DNA of 64,000 nt from an uncultured cyanobacterium. Lineage in GTDB: Bacteria; Cyanobacteriota; Cyanobacteriia; Cyanobacteriales; CAWUOF01. Location of the stretch: contig CAVUSO010000001.1 of NCBI GenBank assembly GCA_963744145.1, positions 5,472,001-5,536,000 on the forward strand, read 5' to 3'. The translations under genes were made by a program, and so were the position numbers. A model generated the notes under the pieces. That model saw only the letters and a program-made list of their open reading frames with translations. It was not told where the DNA came from and did no database searches. Below, piece by piece: positions 21,546-31,590 of the stretch (positions are counted from its first letter, which is position 1; each line of letters begins with the position of its first letter).

Positions 21546-22154
21546 ATGACAACCGAGAAAAAAGATTTAGAAAAAACATCGTTGATCGAACAAATATGGC
21601 AGCAAATTCGAGAAAATATCCAGATTTTGGCGATCGCTTTAATCTTAGCTCTGGTGATCCGCACTTTTGTAGCTGAACCCCGGTATATTCCTTCTAATTC
21701 GATGGTGCCAACTTTAGTGATTGGCGATCGCTTAGTTGTGGAAAAAATTTCCTACTATTTTCATCCGCCGACGACAGGTGATATTATTGTATTCACTCCT
21801 CCGGAACAATTACAAAATACCGGATATAGCCAAGACCAAGCATTTATTAAACGTGTGATTGGTGAACCGGGACAGACTGTGCAAATTCAAAAACACCAAG
21901 TTTATCTCAATCATCAACCCTTAGAGGAAGATTACCTGGCTCAACCACCTACCTATGAATGGGGTCCGGCTCAAGTTCCAGAAAATGAATTCTTTGTGAT
22001 GGGAGACAACCGTAACTATAGTTTAGATTCCCACAAGTGGGGGTTTTTACCAAAAGAAAATATTATCGGTCGCGCTTGTTTTCGGTTTTGGACTTTTGAG
22101 CAGATTTGGACCGATTTAATTCATGCTCAGGAATTGATAATTGATAATGATTAA
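21546..22154 (+). CDS. lepB: Signal peptidase I (extreme C-terminus apparently frameshifted)
   Basis: PSNSMVPTL catalytic Ser, IKRVIG Lys, GDNRNYSLDS. Confidence 0.92.
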   Translation: MTTEKKDLEKTSLIEQIWQQIRENIQILAIALILALVIRTFVAEPRYIPSNSMVPTLVIGDRLVVEKISYYFHPPTTGDIIVFTPPEQLQNTGYSQDQAFIKRVIGEPGQTVQIQKHQVYLNHQPLEEDYLAQPPTYEWGPAQVPENEFFVMGDNRNYSLDSHKWGFLPKENIIGRACFRFWTFEQIWTDLIHAQELIIDND

Positions 22155-22180
22155 TGCTCCATTATCAATTATCTAATTAA

Positions 22181-22942
22181 TTAGCGGACAATTCTAACCG
22201 TCCAAAAATCTGTAGCTAAATCTGGATTTAAAATATAATCATAGGGCATGGTAAAATAGCCATTCATTCCCCAATCACTTCCCCAAGAATTCCGAATGAT
22301 AAATCTTTGTTGAGCATCATCATAGCCAGCAATTAAAACCGCATGACCCCCAAGTTGTTTTTCATCACTTCCTGGTAATTGGAGAACACCTGTATTAGCT
22401 ACCTCCTGACTTTCAAAACTATCATAAACTGTCATGCCAAAAACTACCGGATAGCTATCAGCGAGACATCCTTTAATTTGGTTTAAATCCTGTGCTACCT
22501 GACTATAAGATACGGCAGTATGTCTACTGGCAGTATCATAGCAAGTTACAGTCGGTTTAGCTGTAAATTTATCGGGATTATAAGGCCAGATTGATTCCGG
22601 GCAAATCCCAAATTTATTAACAGATTTGATCGCATCTCTAATCATCGCCCCGCTATCTTGGTCTGTGGTGCCTTCAATATCTCTAGTAACATAGTAAGTA
22701 AATAGACGACTGGGTGTAAAAGTAAATAACTTTTCTTTTTTTTGGCAATACTGAAAGGCTGCACATACAGATTGGGCAGTACAACTACCAATACTACCTT
22801 GATCATAAACTGGTGGTAATTGTTGACGGATATCGACTTTGGCTGGTAAACTGTGAACCACATGGGCTGGTGCTGCATAGCGAACGTCTCTATGGTCTTT
22901 AGCATCAGGAATGTAGCCGTAACCCCGAGGTGTAGTAGTCAT
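22181..22942 (-). CDS. C1 (papain-family) cysteine peptidase
   Basis: DQGSIGSCTA, GGHAV and RNSWGSDWG catalytic motifs. Confidence 0.92.
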   Translation of the reverse strand: MTTTPRGYGYIPDAKDHRDVRYAAPAHVVHSLPAKVDIRQQLPPVYDQGSIGSCTAQSVCAAFQYCQKKEKLFTFTPSRLFTYYVTRDIEGTTDQDSGAMIRDAIKSVNKFGICPESIWPYNPDKFTAKPTVTCYDTASRHTAVSYSQVAQDLNQIKGCLADSYPVVFGMTVYDSFESQEVANTGVLQLPGSDEKQLGGHAVLIAGYDDAQQRFIIRNSWGSDWGMNGYFTMPYDYILNPDLATDFWTVRIVR

Positions 22943-23296
22943 AAAATAATTAATGTGAAAACAACAGGTTAAATGAATTTAGCTGATCTAGTGATTTAAT
23001 TGCTAGTGTTTCCTGCAAAAATCTTTTGAGATTTATTTCCTACAGCACTACTACCAAAACTTTGCTCTCTCTTGTCTATCTAGCTTTTAGGGATCGAGGG
23101 AAATGTGGAAAATTACCTGAAGTAGTCTTGCCCCATTTTATAGCAACGAGAATCTGTTGTCAAGGAAAGGGGGGAAAAATCTTGCTTCTGTCAATTTTCC
23201 TTGATTTAATCACATACTTTCTTGAAAGTCCCACCAAGATCACCGATCATTAATCCCGAGATTCTTGTCCTGTATGTATTTAGTCACTTGACCAAT

Positions 23297-24634
23297 ATGC
23301 TCCAAAAACAGTATAATTTTTTACCGCGATTTTCCCAACTGGCGATCGCGAGTGTTGTTTCTAACATCATGGTGCCATTAGAAGGCTTAGTTGATTTAGC
23401 GTTTCTTGGTCACTTACCTGATATTAGCTACTTAGCAGGGGTAATCTTAGCTACTATTTTATTTGATTACTTATACAGAGCAATTCCTTTACGGACTAGC
23501 ACCAACGCACTGACAGCTCAAGCTGTAGGTTTGAATGATCCAAAAGGAATTCTGCTAGCGGGATTACGCAGTGGTTTGATTGCTTTGGGTCTGAGTGTAA
23601 TAATCTTAGTCTGGCAATATCCGATCGAAAAATTAGGATTTTCGCTGCTGAATGGTTCCCCAGAAATTGAAGCTGCGGGGGTTGGTTATTTTTATGGTCG
23701 AATTTGGGGAACTCCTGCGGTATTTCTGAATTTTGGTTTATGTGGTTGGTTTTTGGGACAAGAGATGAACCAGATCGTTTTATGGACATCTGTGATCTCT
23801 AATGTGAGTAATCTGGTGTTAGATTATATCACCATCATGCAGTGGGGCTGGGGCAGTATGGGTGCAGGACTAGCCACAGCTTTAAGTCAATATATAGCTT
23901 TGATCACGGGTTTAGTGTGGGTAGGATCTAAGATTGATCGGCAATATTTATCAGCCGCTTTTAAAGAAGTTTTTCAGTGGCAATCTTTGCAGGCAATTTT
24001 ATTTTTTAATACTAACATTTTAATCAGGTTTTTATGTTTATTTTCGGTCTATGGTATTATTACAAACATCAGCGCCACCATGGGAACTACCCTATTAGCA
24101 CAGAATGGATTATTGCTGCAAATCGTCATTTTGAATCAGTTTATCATGCAAGGAATTAGCATGACTACTCAAACCCTGACGGGTAATTTTTATGGCAAAG
24201 GAGAAAAAGAACTACTCAATCCTTTGTTGCAAGTTTCCCTAGCTATCACTATTTCTATTTCTCTAACTTGTGCCCTGGTAACAGCTTTATTTCCAGCACA
24301 AGTATTCGGAATTTTAACCAATCATACAGAAGTAAGTGCAGATATCAACCGATATATTTTCTGGCTCTTACCACTATTGACGCTTACTGGTGTGGCTTTT
24401 ACAATGGAAGGTTATTTCATTGGCTTAAAAGAAGTAGTAATTATCCGCAATGCCGCATTAATGGCTTTTTTTATCGGATTTTTACCCTTTGTAACCCTCG
24501 CCTTTTACTGGCATAATAATCACATCTTATGGTGGTCTTTAGTGTCTTATCTGAGTACGGTAATTATTGTTTTAGTAGTCGAATTTGTAAAAAGATTAGG
24601 TCTGGCATCTACGAAACCTCAATTACTATCATAA
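23297..24634 (+). CDS. MATE family efflux transporter
   Basis: About 12 TM helices; SNIMVPL..LVD.AFLGHL; G..GAG.AT; paralog of 59194-60600. Confidence 0.88.
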   Translation: MLQKQYNFLPRFSQLAIASVVSNIMVPLEGLVDLAFLGHLPDISYLAGVILATILFDYLYRAIPLRTSTNALTAQAVGLNDPKGILLAGLRSGLIALGLSVIILVWQYPIEKLGFSLLNGSPEIEAAGVGYFYGRIWGTPAVFLNFGLCGWFLGQEMNQIVLWTSVISNVSNLVLDYITIMQWGWGSMGAGLATALSQYIALITGLVWVGSKIDRQYLSAAFKEVFQWQSLQAILFFNTNILIRFLCLFSVYGIITNISATMGTTLLAQNGLLLQIVILNQFIMQGISMTTQTLTGNFYGKGEKELLNPLLQVSLAITISISLTCALVTALFPAQVFGILTNHTEVSADINRYIFWLLPLLTLTGVAFTMEGYFIGLKEVVIIRNAALMAFFIGFLPFVTLAFYWHNNHILWWSLVSYLSTVIIVLVVEFVKRLGLASTKPQLLS

Positions 24635-24642
24635 TATTGTCA

Positions 24643-24671
24643 AAATCGGGTAGGTATATCCTACCCGATTT
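24643..24671. terminator. Hairpin between convergent MATE and cysK
   Basis: Perfect 12-bp stem AAATCGGGTAGG/CCTACCCGATTT. Confidence 0.65.
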
Positions 24672-24694
24672 AATAGAAAAACAAGCATAACCAA

Positions 24695-25669
24695 CTAATT
24701 TGGAGCTAATCCCTTAGTAGCTAACCAGTCCAGATTAAACAACCGTGATTGATAACGGGCACCACCATCACAAAGTACAGTTACAATCGTCTTCCCAGGA
24801 CCAATTTTTTGAGCTAGTGCGACAGCAGCACCAACATTAATTCCCACCGATCCACCCATAAACAATCCATCTTTTCGCAATAGTTGGTAAACTACTCGCA
24901 CTGCTTCTTGATCATCAATTTGAATTGCATCATCAATCGGTACATCTTCCATATTCGCAGTGACTCGACTATTACCAATCCCTTCGGTAATGGAATTTCC
25001 CTCAATTTTAATTTCCCCAGTTTTCACATAACTGTAAAGTCCACTACCTTTTGGGTCAGCTAAAATATTTTGAATCTGAGGATTTTTTTCTTTCAGAAAC
25101 ATCGCTACACCAGCAAAAGTTCCACCTGTACCTGTTGCTGCTACCCAAGCATCAACTTTACCATCAGTCTGTGCCCAAATTTCTGGTCCAGTAGTTTTAT
25201 AATGAGCGCATCGGTTCGCTAAGTTATCAAATTGATTAGCCCAAATTGCATTTTCCCTTTCTGCGGCTAATCTACCAGAAAGTTTCACATAATTATTCGG
25301 ATCTTTATAAGGTACAGCAGGAACAGTTATTACTTCTGCACCTAATGTTCTTAAAGCATCAATCTTTTCTTGAGATTGGGTTTCTGGAATGACAATTAAA
25401 CACTGATAACCTTTAGCATTGCAAATATGAGCTAATCCAATTCCCGTATTCCCTGCGGTTCCTTCGACTACTGTACCTCCAGGTTTAAGTAAACCTTTTT
25501 CTTCTGCATCTTGAATAATATAAAGAGCTGCTCGATCTTTTACTGATCCACCTGGATTGAGAAACTCCGCTTTACCAAGAATTTCGCAACCAGTTTCCTC
25601 ACTGAAACTATTTAACCGAATCAATGGGGTATTTCCGATTGTACCAATAAAACCTGCTTTGATATCCAT
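24695..25669 (-). CDS. cysK: Cysteine synthase family protein
   Basis: KAEFLNPGGSVKDR, TAGNTG and GTGGT; ATG at 25669. Confidence 0.88.
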   Translation of the reverse strand: MDIKAGFIGTIGNTPLIRLNSFSEETGCEILGKAEFLNPGGSVKDRAALYIIQDAEEKGLLKPGGTVVEGTAGNTGIGLAHICNAKGYQCLIVIPETQSQEKIDALRTLGAEVITVPAVPYKDPNNYVKLSGRLAAERENAIWANQFDNLANRCAHYKTTGPEIWAQTDGKVDAWVAATGTGGTFAGVAMFLKEKNPQIQNILADPKGSGLYSYVKTGEIKIEGNSITEGIGNSRVTANMEDVPIDDAIQIDDQEAVRVVYQLLRKDGLFMGGSVGINVGAAVALAQKIGPGKTIVTVLCDGGARYQSRLFNLDWLATKGLAPN

Positions 25670-25786
25670 AATTCCCAATTTCTCGATCCTAATCAAAAAA
25701 AAACCTGACAGTTAACCAATGGTAATTTGTCAGGCTTTTGTTATTTTAGGTGTATACCTAAACACTACTAAAGCAGATGCTCAATC

Positions 25787-26425
25787 CTATTTATTTGGTT
25801 GAGGAGTTAGACGTAGATAGGGTTTGACCGCATTGAAACCTTTGGGGAATTTTTCTGCTAATTCTTGCGGATCTTGAATCGAAGGGACAATTACACAGTC
25901 ATCTCCATCTTTCCAGTTCGCAGGGGTCGCAACACTATATTTATCAGTAAGTTGCAGAGAGTCAATCACTCGGAGCAATTCGTCAAAGTTACGTCCAGTG
26001 CTAGCAGGATAGGTTAGGGTAAGACGAAGTTTCTTTTGGGGATCGATAATGAAAACCGAACGCACAGTTAGGGTGTTATTAGCGTTAGGATGGATCATGT
26101 CGTAAAGATCGGAAACTTTCCGATCTGGATCTGCCAAAATTGGGTAATTGAGGGTAACTTTCTGGGTTTCCTCGATGTCTTTGATCCAACCTAGATGAGA
26201 TTGCTCATCATCAACGCTCAGAGCAATGGTTTTGACGTTACGTTGATCAAATTCTGGTTTCAAACGGGCTACTTCACCCAGTTCCGTGGTACAAACCGGG
26301 GTAAAATCCTTCGGATGAGAGAATAATACTACCCAACTGTCTCCAGCCCAGTCAAAAAATTTGATTTCTCCGGTTGAGGATGCTTGCGTAAAATTAGGTA
26401 CTGTATCGCCTAATCGGAGGGTCAT
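25787..26425 (-). CDS. 1-Cys peroxiredoxin (Prx6)
   Basis: FSHPKDFTPVCTTE; YPASTGRNFDE. Confidence 0.95.
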   Translation of the reverse strand: MTLRLGDTVPNFTQASSTGEIKFFDWAGDSWVVLFSHPKDFTPVCTTELGEVARLKPEFDQRNVKTIALSVDDEQSHLGWIKDIEETQKVTLNYPILADPDRKVSDLYDMIHPNANNTLTVRSVFIIDPQKKLRLTLTYPASTGRNFDELLRVIDSLQLTDKYSVATPANWKDGDDCVIVPSIQDPQELAEKFPKGFNAVKPYLRLTPQPNK

Positions 26426-26580
26426 AACCGATTACCTGTGTTCTAAGTTACAAAAATATTTAAGTCTACTTGGAAATCTTGACACAATACTCTGGTTTTC
26501 CCATCGGTGTTAAGATATTTTTTACAATTCCTTACAATACCCAATTTCCGGAAAAATTATCCTTGGTCAAAGGGTTGCCT

Positions 26581-26859
26581 ATGTTACAATTATTATCTTC
26601 TGTCATCCATGCGATCGCACCTTTTTTAGGACCTGTTTGTTTTGTTTGTGCTTGGCTAATTATATTTTTGATATTTTGGAGCATTTTTAGTGCGATCGTT
26701 AGTACGATTAAGATTGGGAAACAAATGCACCAAATTCCCTGTGCTAATTGTGTTTTCTTTACCAAAGATTATCATCTTAAATGTCCAGTTCAGCCGAAAT
26801 TAGCTCTGACCGAAGCAGCGATCGGCTGTCTAGACTTTCGTTCCCATCATCAAAACTAG
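26581..26859 (+). CDS. Small membrane protein with a Cys cluster
   Basis: TM segment followed by HQIPCANC.FF....LKC.V.P......A..C.DF. Confidence 0.7.
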   Translation: MLQLLSSVIHAIAPFLGPVCFVCAWLIIFLIFWSIFSAIVSTIKIGKQMHQIPCANCVFFTKDYHLKCPVQPKLALTEAAIGCLDFRSHHQN

Positions 26860-27809
26860 CTAAGATCGAGGAGAACTTTTAATATTCCTTTTTGTTGAGC
26901 GCGATCGAAGGCAATCAGTCCGTCGGTTAAACTATATCTGGCTTGAACTAAATAATCAACATCTACAGTTTTTTGTGATAGTAACTCTAACGCTGGGGAG
27001 AAAGGACCACAACGAGAACCGATTAAAGTAATTTCATCTACTACTAAAGCAGAAATATCAAGAGTGAGTTGATTGGCATAGGTGCTTTTCAGAACTAAAA
27101 TACCACGGGGACGTAAAGCACGACGCGCGATCGCAAATCCAGCGGTATTACCAGTACATTCTACCGCAATATCAAAAGTTTTATCGGTAACTTGTGCTGA
27201 TGTACTTGTTTTAATTCCCCTTGCTTCTAGATGAGCTAATTTCTCCTGATGCCGTCCAATTACCAGTAAATTACAACCAGTTAATGCTAAGGTTTGTGCA
27301 ACTAACTGTCCTAATTTGCCATCTCCAACTACTAAAACTTGGTGACTAGAATTAATTTTGACTTGTTGTTGAATTTCTAAGGCAGCTGCGATCGGTTCTG
27401 TGAATGTAGCTGCATCAGTAGATATATGATCAGGGACAAGATGTAAATTGGCAATGGGTAAAGTCAGATATTCAGCAAAAGCACCATTCCGATTGACAAT
27501 TCCCAGGACAGTTCGGTTTTCACAGTGGGTAGATTGCTGACTTAAACAGTAACGACATTTACCACAAACAGCATTGATTTCACCAACAACACGTTGGTTA
27601 ATCAGGTTAGTCGGTCCTTGTTCGACCACTCCGACAAATTCATGTCCTAATACACCTGTGTAGGGATAATATCCTCTCATTAATTCTAAATCAGTATTAC
27701 AAATTCCGGCACATAAAACTTTAATGAGTGCTTCTCCGGTTGGGGGTTGGGGAATGGGGATATCTGTGCGTAGTTGGAGTTGGTTATTGTCTAGATATAG
27801 GGCTTTCAT
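26856..27809 (-). CDS. Zn-dependent alcohol dehydrogenase (MDR family)
   Basis: GICNTD, GHEFVG, CxxCxxC structural Zn site, GDGKLG. Confidence 0.92.
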   Translation of the reverse strand: MKALYLDNNQLQLRTDIPIPQPPTGEALIKVLCAGICNTDLELMRGYYPYTGVLGHEFVGVVEQGPTNLINQRVVGEINAVCGKCRYCLSQQSTHCENRTVLGIVNRNGAFAEYLTLPIANLHLVPDHISTDAATFTEPIAAALEIQQQVKINSSHQVLVVGDGKLGQLVAQTLALTGCNLLVIGRHQEKLAHLEARGIKTSTSAQVTDKTFDIAVECTGNTAGFAIARRALRPRGILVLKSTYANQLTLDISALVVDEITLIGSRCGPFSPALELLSQKTVDVDYLVQARYSLTDGLIAFDRAQQKGILKVLLDLS

Positions 27810-27940
27810 TATTGATGAACAAAGACTGACAGAAAATGGTTAATTGATTAGTATTGTAGCTAGAAAAATTGCTGATTATAATTCCAGCGAAAAAAGGAGT
27901 GGAGATTTGATTCTCCACACCATTATTTACCTCTAGCTGA

Positions 27941-28084
27941 TTAAATCAGACCCAATTGGGCTAAAACCCCATGACCAGTCAGATATTCAGTAGCTACAGC
28001 AATCACAAACCCCAACATTGCTAGACGACCATTCCAGGTTTCGGCAAATTGGGTAAAGCCAAACTTTGATTCTTGATTTTGCAT
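27941..28084 (-). CDS. High-light-inducible protein (HLIP/SCP, 47 aa; not in the ORF track)
   Basis: MQNQESKFGFTQFAETWNGRLAMLGFVIAVATEYLTGHGVLAQLGLI; ExxNGRxAMxG chlorophyll-binding motif. Confidence 0.95.
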   Translation of the reverse strand: MQNQESKFGFTQFAETWNGRLAMLGFVIAVATEYLTGHGVLAQLGLI

Positions 28085-28113
28085 AGATCAGATATCGTCC
28101 TTTAAATCAATAC

Positions 28114-28131
28114 TCTGTAATTAAATTTAAC
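28114..28131 (-). promoter_or_regulatory. HLR1 (RpaB)-like direct repeat upstream of the hli gene
   Basis: Minus strand GTTAAATT-TA-ATTACAGA versus consensus (G/T)TTACA(T/A)(T/A)-N2 repeat. Confidence 0.5.
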
Positions 28132-28560
28132 ATATGCTTGCCAAATCTGCAACATTAATTTATAATTCGAGCGGGGAGGCAACATCCACCAATAAACAAA
28201 TTTGAGCGATCGCACAGTTGAGAAACAAAAAATAAAAAAAGACTAGGAGACCCATACCTAGTCTTTTGAGAAGTTGATGCGGAGGATGTAACTGATCTTT
28301 AGATTTATATGATATATACTTACTCTTTTTAAAAAAAGTGACAAAAGTAATATTTTTATGAAAAAATCAAGAATATTATACTAGGAAAATAGTCTGAGTG
28401 AGCAGCAATAAAAAAAAGGAACTTTGCTAGAGTTCCTTTTCATCCAGGGTAATAACACAAGCATTTTTACAATATATACATTAGTCGGTTAATTAGTAGT
28501 ATCAAAAGTCATTAGTTTAAGTAGGATAAAAGTCATAGTTATGAGGGAGACTAGATTTAA

Positions 28561-29139
28561 CTAATTCCAGATTTTTTCTAAATTGATCACCAAACCCAGT
28601 AACACATTTTCACCGGATAAGGTAGATGGAGATTTGAGAATTTCTACTTCTTGACCAGGACGATAAATTTCTACTTCTTGTTTTTTTCGGTTGATCAACC
28701 ACCCCAAACGACAGCCATTTTCGCGGTATTCTTTCATTTTTTCTTGAGTATTTTTTAAGCTATCACTGGGAGAAAGCAGTTCAATCACAAAATCAGGACA
28801 TAAAGGAATAAATTTTTCTTTTTCTTCAATACTCAAACTTTCCCATCGACTTATTTCGATCCAAGATACATCTGGAGAACGATTTGCTCCATTAGGGAGA
28901 ATAAAACCCGTGGAAGAATCAAATACCTCCCCAAGATGATATTGCTCATTCCATAACTCTACTTGGACAATTAACTTAACATTTTTTCGACCACTTTCTC
29001 CCCCTGTAGGTGCCATAATAATTAATTCACCTTTAGCATTACGCTCAAATTTTAAATCAGAATTTTCTTGACAGAGTTGATAAAACTCTGCATTAGTTAG
29101 ATTGATTACAGAGTTGAGGTTTACAGTTATCGCATTCAT
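28561..29139 (-). CDS. Uma2 family putative endonuclease
   Basis: ERNAKGELIIMAPTG, RSPDVSW and PDFVIELLSPSD. Confidence 0.92.
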   Translation of the reverse strand: MNAITVNLNSVINLTNAEFYQLCQENSDLKFERNAKGELIIMAPTGGESGRKNVKLIVQVELWNEQYHLGEVFDSSTGFILPNGANRSPDVSWIEISRWESLSIEEKEKFIPLCPDFVIELLSPSDSLKNTQEKMKEYRENGCRLGWLINRKKQEVEIYRPGQEVEILKSPSTLSGENVLLGLVINLEKIWN

Positions 29140-29164
29140 TTATTTTGACTCTGAATTAGACAAA

Positions 29165-29971
29165 TCATGATAAAGGTGCGATCACTGATGTAAATAGGGG
29201 AATTAGTTCAGGTTGACTAACCACTAAAGTTGGATAATTGCGATCGCGATAATTTTGACCAATTTCCAGAGGAAAAATTGGTGTTGATTCTAAGGGGTGC
29301 CAAACTCCATTTGCGGCTTTAACTATCACCCAAGCTGCGGCAATATCCCAAATTTTGGGTGTTGCTTCTATTCCTCCTAATGTCAATCCAGCAGCGACCA
29401 TTAGAAAGTTATAACTCGCTACTCCTAACATTCTAATTTTAGTCGGAAAAGGATGTTTAATTGCAGAAATACTCCGGGAACAAAAACTAAAAAAGTGATT
29501 TCCAGAAGGAGCATCTTGACTGGTATAAATCCGAGCAGACTTGAAAAAAGCACCTTGAGGTAAATTAAGGTTGTTTTGCTCATCCCAAAAACCATGAAAG
29601 GTCTGATTGAGTGGTGGTAAAGAAATATAACCGAAAACGGGTGTTCCTTGGTAAAGTAAAGCTAGACATATTCCCCAAATTGGAATTCCCCGGGCAAAAT
29701 TGGTAGTACCATCTAAAGGATCAATAATCCAGCACCAGTCGGAGTGGGGAAATATATGTTGACTTTCTTCACTTAAAATTCCATGAGTAGGAAAAGCATT
29801 CGCGATCGCTGCTCGAATTTCTTGATCTGCCCATTGATCTGATGCTGTTACTAACGAACCATCGGCTTTTTCTGCTGCTTGAACTTGACCAAAATCTGCC
29901 ATTAATTGGTTACCAACCTTAGCACAAGTTGCCTCAGCAAAAGTTAAAATTACAGTAAAAAAGTCATTCAT
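29165..29971 (-). CDS. Inositol monophosphatase family protein
   Basis: SEE, WIIDPLDGTTNF and WDIAAA. Confidence 0.92.
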   Translation of the reverse strand: MNDFFTVILTFAEATCAKVGNQLMADFGQVQAAEKADGSLVTASDQWADQEIRAAIANAFPTHGILSEESQHIFPHSDWCWIIDPLDGTTNFARGIPIWGICLALLYQGTPVFGYISLPPLNQTFHGFWDEQNNLNLPQGAFFKSARIYTSQDAPSGNHFFSFCSRSISAIKHPFPTKIRMLGVASYNFLMVAAGLTLGGIEATPKIWDIAAAWVIVKAANGVWHPLESTPIFPLEIGQNYRDRNYPTLVVSQPELIPLFTSVIAPLS

Positions 29972-31388
29972 TGATAACACCTTGCATCACCGATGCGATC
30001 GCTTGTTTAGCATTGGTACGAAATTCTACCACATTAACTTGATTAAGCAAGGTGACAGCACCAATCATCCCTAATCCAGATACCGCAAATACTAATCCAT
30101 AAGCCAAAACTGGGATCGAAAATAAAGAACGACCTAAATCTAGTAATGCTCCTCCCGAGACAGTCGCGATCGCTTGAGATATTGCTTGTGCTAATCCCCA
30201 AGCACCTAGAAAAGTTCCTGCTGTTTCTGCTGCGGTTAAATCTAACATTAAACTAACTGCGGAATTAGTCATGATTCCGGAAGCTATTCCAAACAAAAAC
30301 AAACTAATTTTGAGGACTATTACATTAGCGGTGAAACCAGCAGCAATTAATAATCCAAAACTACTTGTTACTAACCAGCATCCGATCCGAGCTGTGGTCA
30401 TTTTCCCTAAGCGTGGGATGATGAAAAAACCAGTTATACTCATTCCTATTAATACACCAGTACCCCAAAAAGCATGTAAAGCTGCACCTTGAGCTACACT
30501 CATTCCAAATACTTCTCCACCATAAGGTTCTAAAATTGGTTGTTGTAAGAACAAGCAAATGGTCATTAATGAGAGAAAACTAAAAAATAGTCCAGTTTGA
30601 CGACTAGCGGTCAAAACTTTTAAAGCTATACTTAAAGTAATTCTATCTTCTCGGTTTACTATCATGGAGCGAGAACTATATTGTGAATATTTATTTTCTA
30701 CTCCTATAGTCCCGATCAATCCCAAGCTAACGACCAGCAAAGGTAAAATAATAAACAAATGATTTACGGATGTTTGTAAAGTTTGGAGAGTTAATGATTC
30801 TAATAATTTTTTACTAATAATTGCACCAGCTACAATACCGACCATTAACATCGACCAAACAACTCCGACTAATTTAGAGCGATTGTTTTCCTCAGAAACA
30901 TCTACTAAAAGAGCTGCAAAAGGAGTAGAACTTAAACAAATACAAAGACCATATAAAGCTAACATTAAAGCTAAAGCTGCTGCCCAAATAGTGCTGTCTA
31001 AATTCCAGCCAGCACTGATACTAGCACCTAATTGCCATAGAATTTGCACTGCTGAAAATATGCAAATTACTAAAAAAGACAATCCTGTCCAAATATATCC
31101 CGTCCGATGATAACCCCAGAGTTTTTTACTGTCAGACATTTGTCCAAACCAGACTCGTGCTGGAGCTACAAATTGACTCATCGCTAAGATCGCTCCACTA
31201 ATTGTAGCTGGTACAGCTAATAATTTTGGATCAATCATGACTCGACTAAGTACCCCCATGACTAAGACAGACATCATTCCTAAACCCATCTGAAATAGTC
31301 CCAAGCGAAACATGGTTAATAAATTAATCTGGGAGACTTGTTTTTCTGCATCTTCTAGGTATAAATTGGGTAAATCATCTTTTGCCAT
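29964..31388 (-). CDS. pucC: BCD-family (PucC-like) MFS transporter
   Basis: RLGLFQMGLG, R.WFGQMSD, ILEPYGG and MLDLT....AGTF.GAWG. Confidence 0.85.
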   Translation of the reverse strand: MAKDDLPNLYLEDAEKQVSQINLLTMFRLGLFQMGLGMMSVLVMGVLSRVMIDPKLLAVPATISGAILAMSQFVAPARVWFGQMSDSKKLWGYHRTGYIWTGLSFLVICIFSAVQILWQLGASISAGWNLDSTIWAAALALMLALYGLCICLSSTPFAALLVDVSEENNRSKLVGVVWSMLMVGIVAGAIISKKLLESLTLQTLQTSVNHLFIILPLLVVSLGLIGTIGVENKYSQYSSRSMIVNREDRITLSIALKVLTASRQTGLFFSFLSLMTICLFLQQPILEPYGGEVFGMSVAQGAALHAFWGTGVLIGMSITGFFIIPRLGKMTTARIGCWLVTSSFGLLIAAGFTANVIVLKISLFLFGIASGIMTNSAVSLMLDLTAAETAGTFLGAWGLAQAISQAIATVSGGALLDLGRSLFSIPVLAYGLVFAVSGLGMIGAVTLLNQVNVVEFRTNAKQAIASVMQGVINE

Positions 31389-31590
31389 AACTACTTCTCC
31401 AAAAAAATATTACTTTATCTATTTTCTGATTAAAAAGTTAAACTTGATCAATATCTTTGAGCCGATGGTCTAAAAATTCTAGTGATTGACCGAGGTATGG
31501 AGCGGTTTTCTGCTAAACAAGTTGGTAGTAAGTGCAATATTTTCTTGATTGTCATCGCTTACTACCAACAATATACTGCTAATCTTGCTA

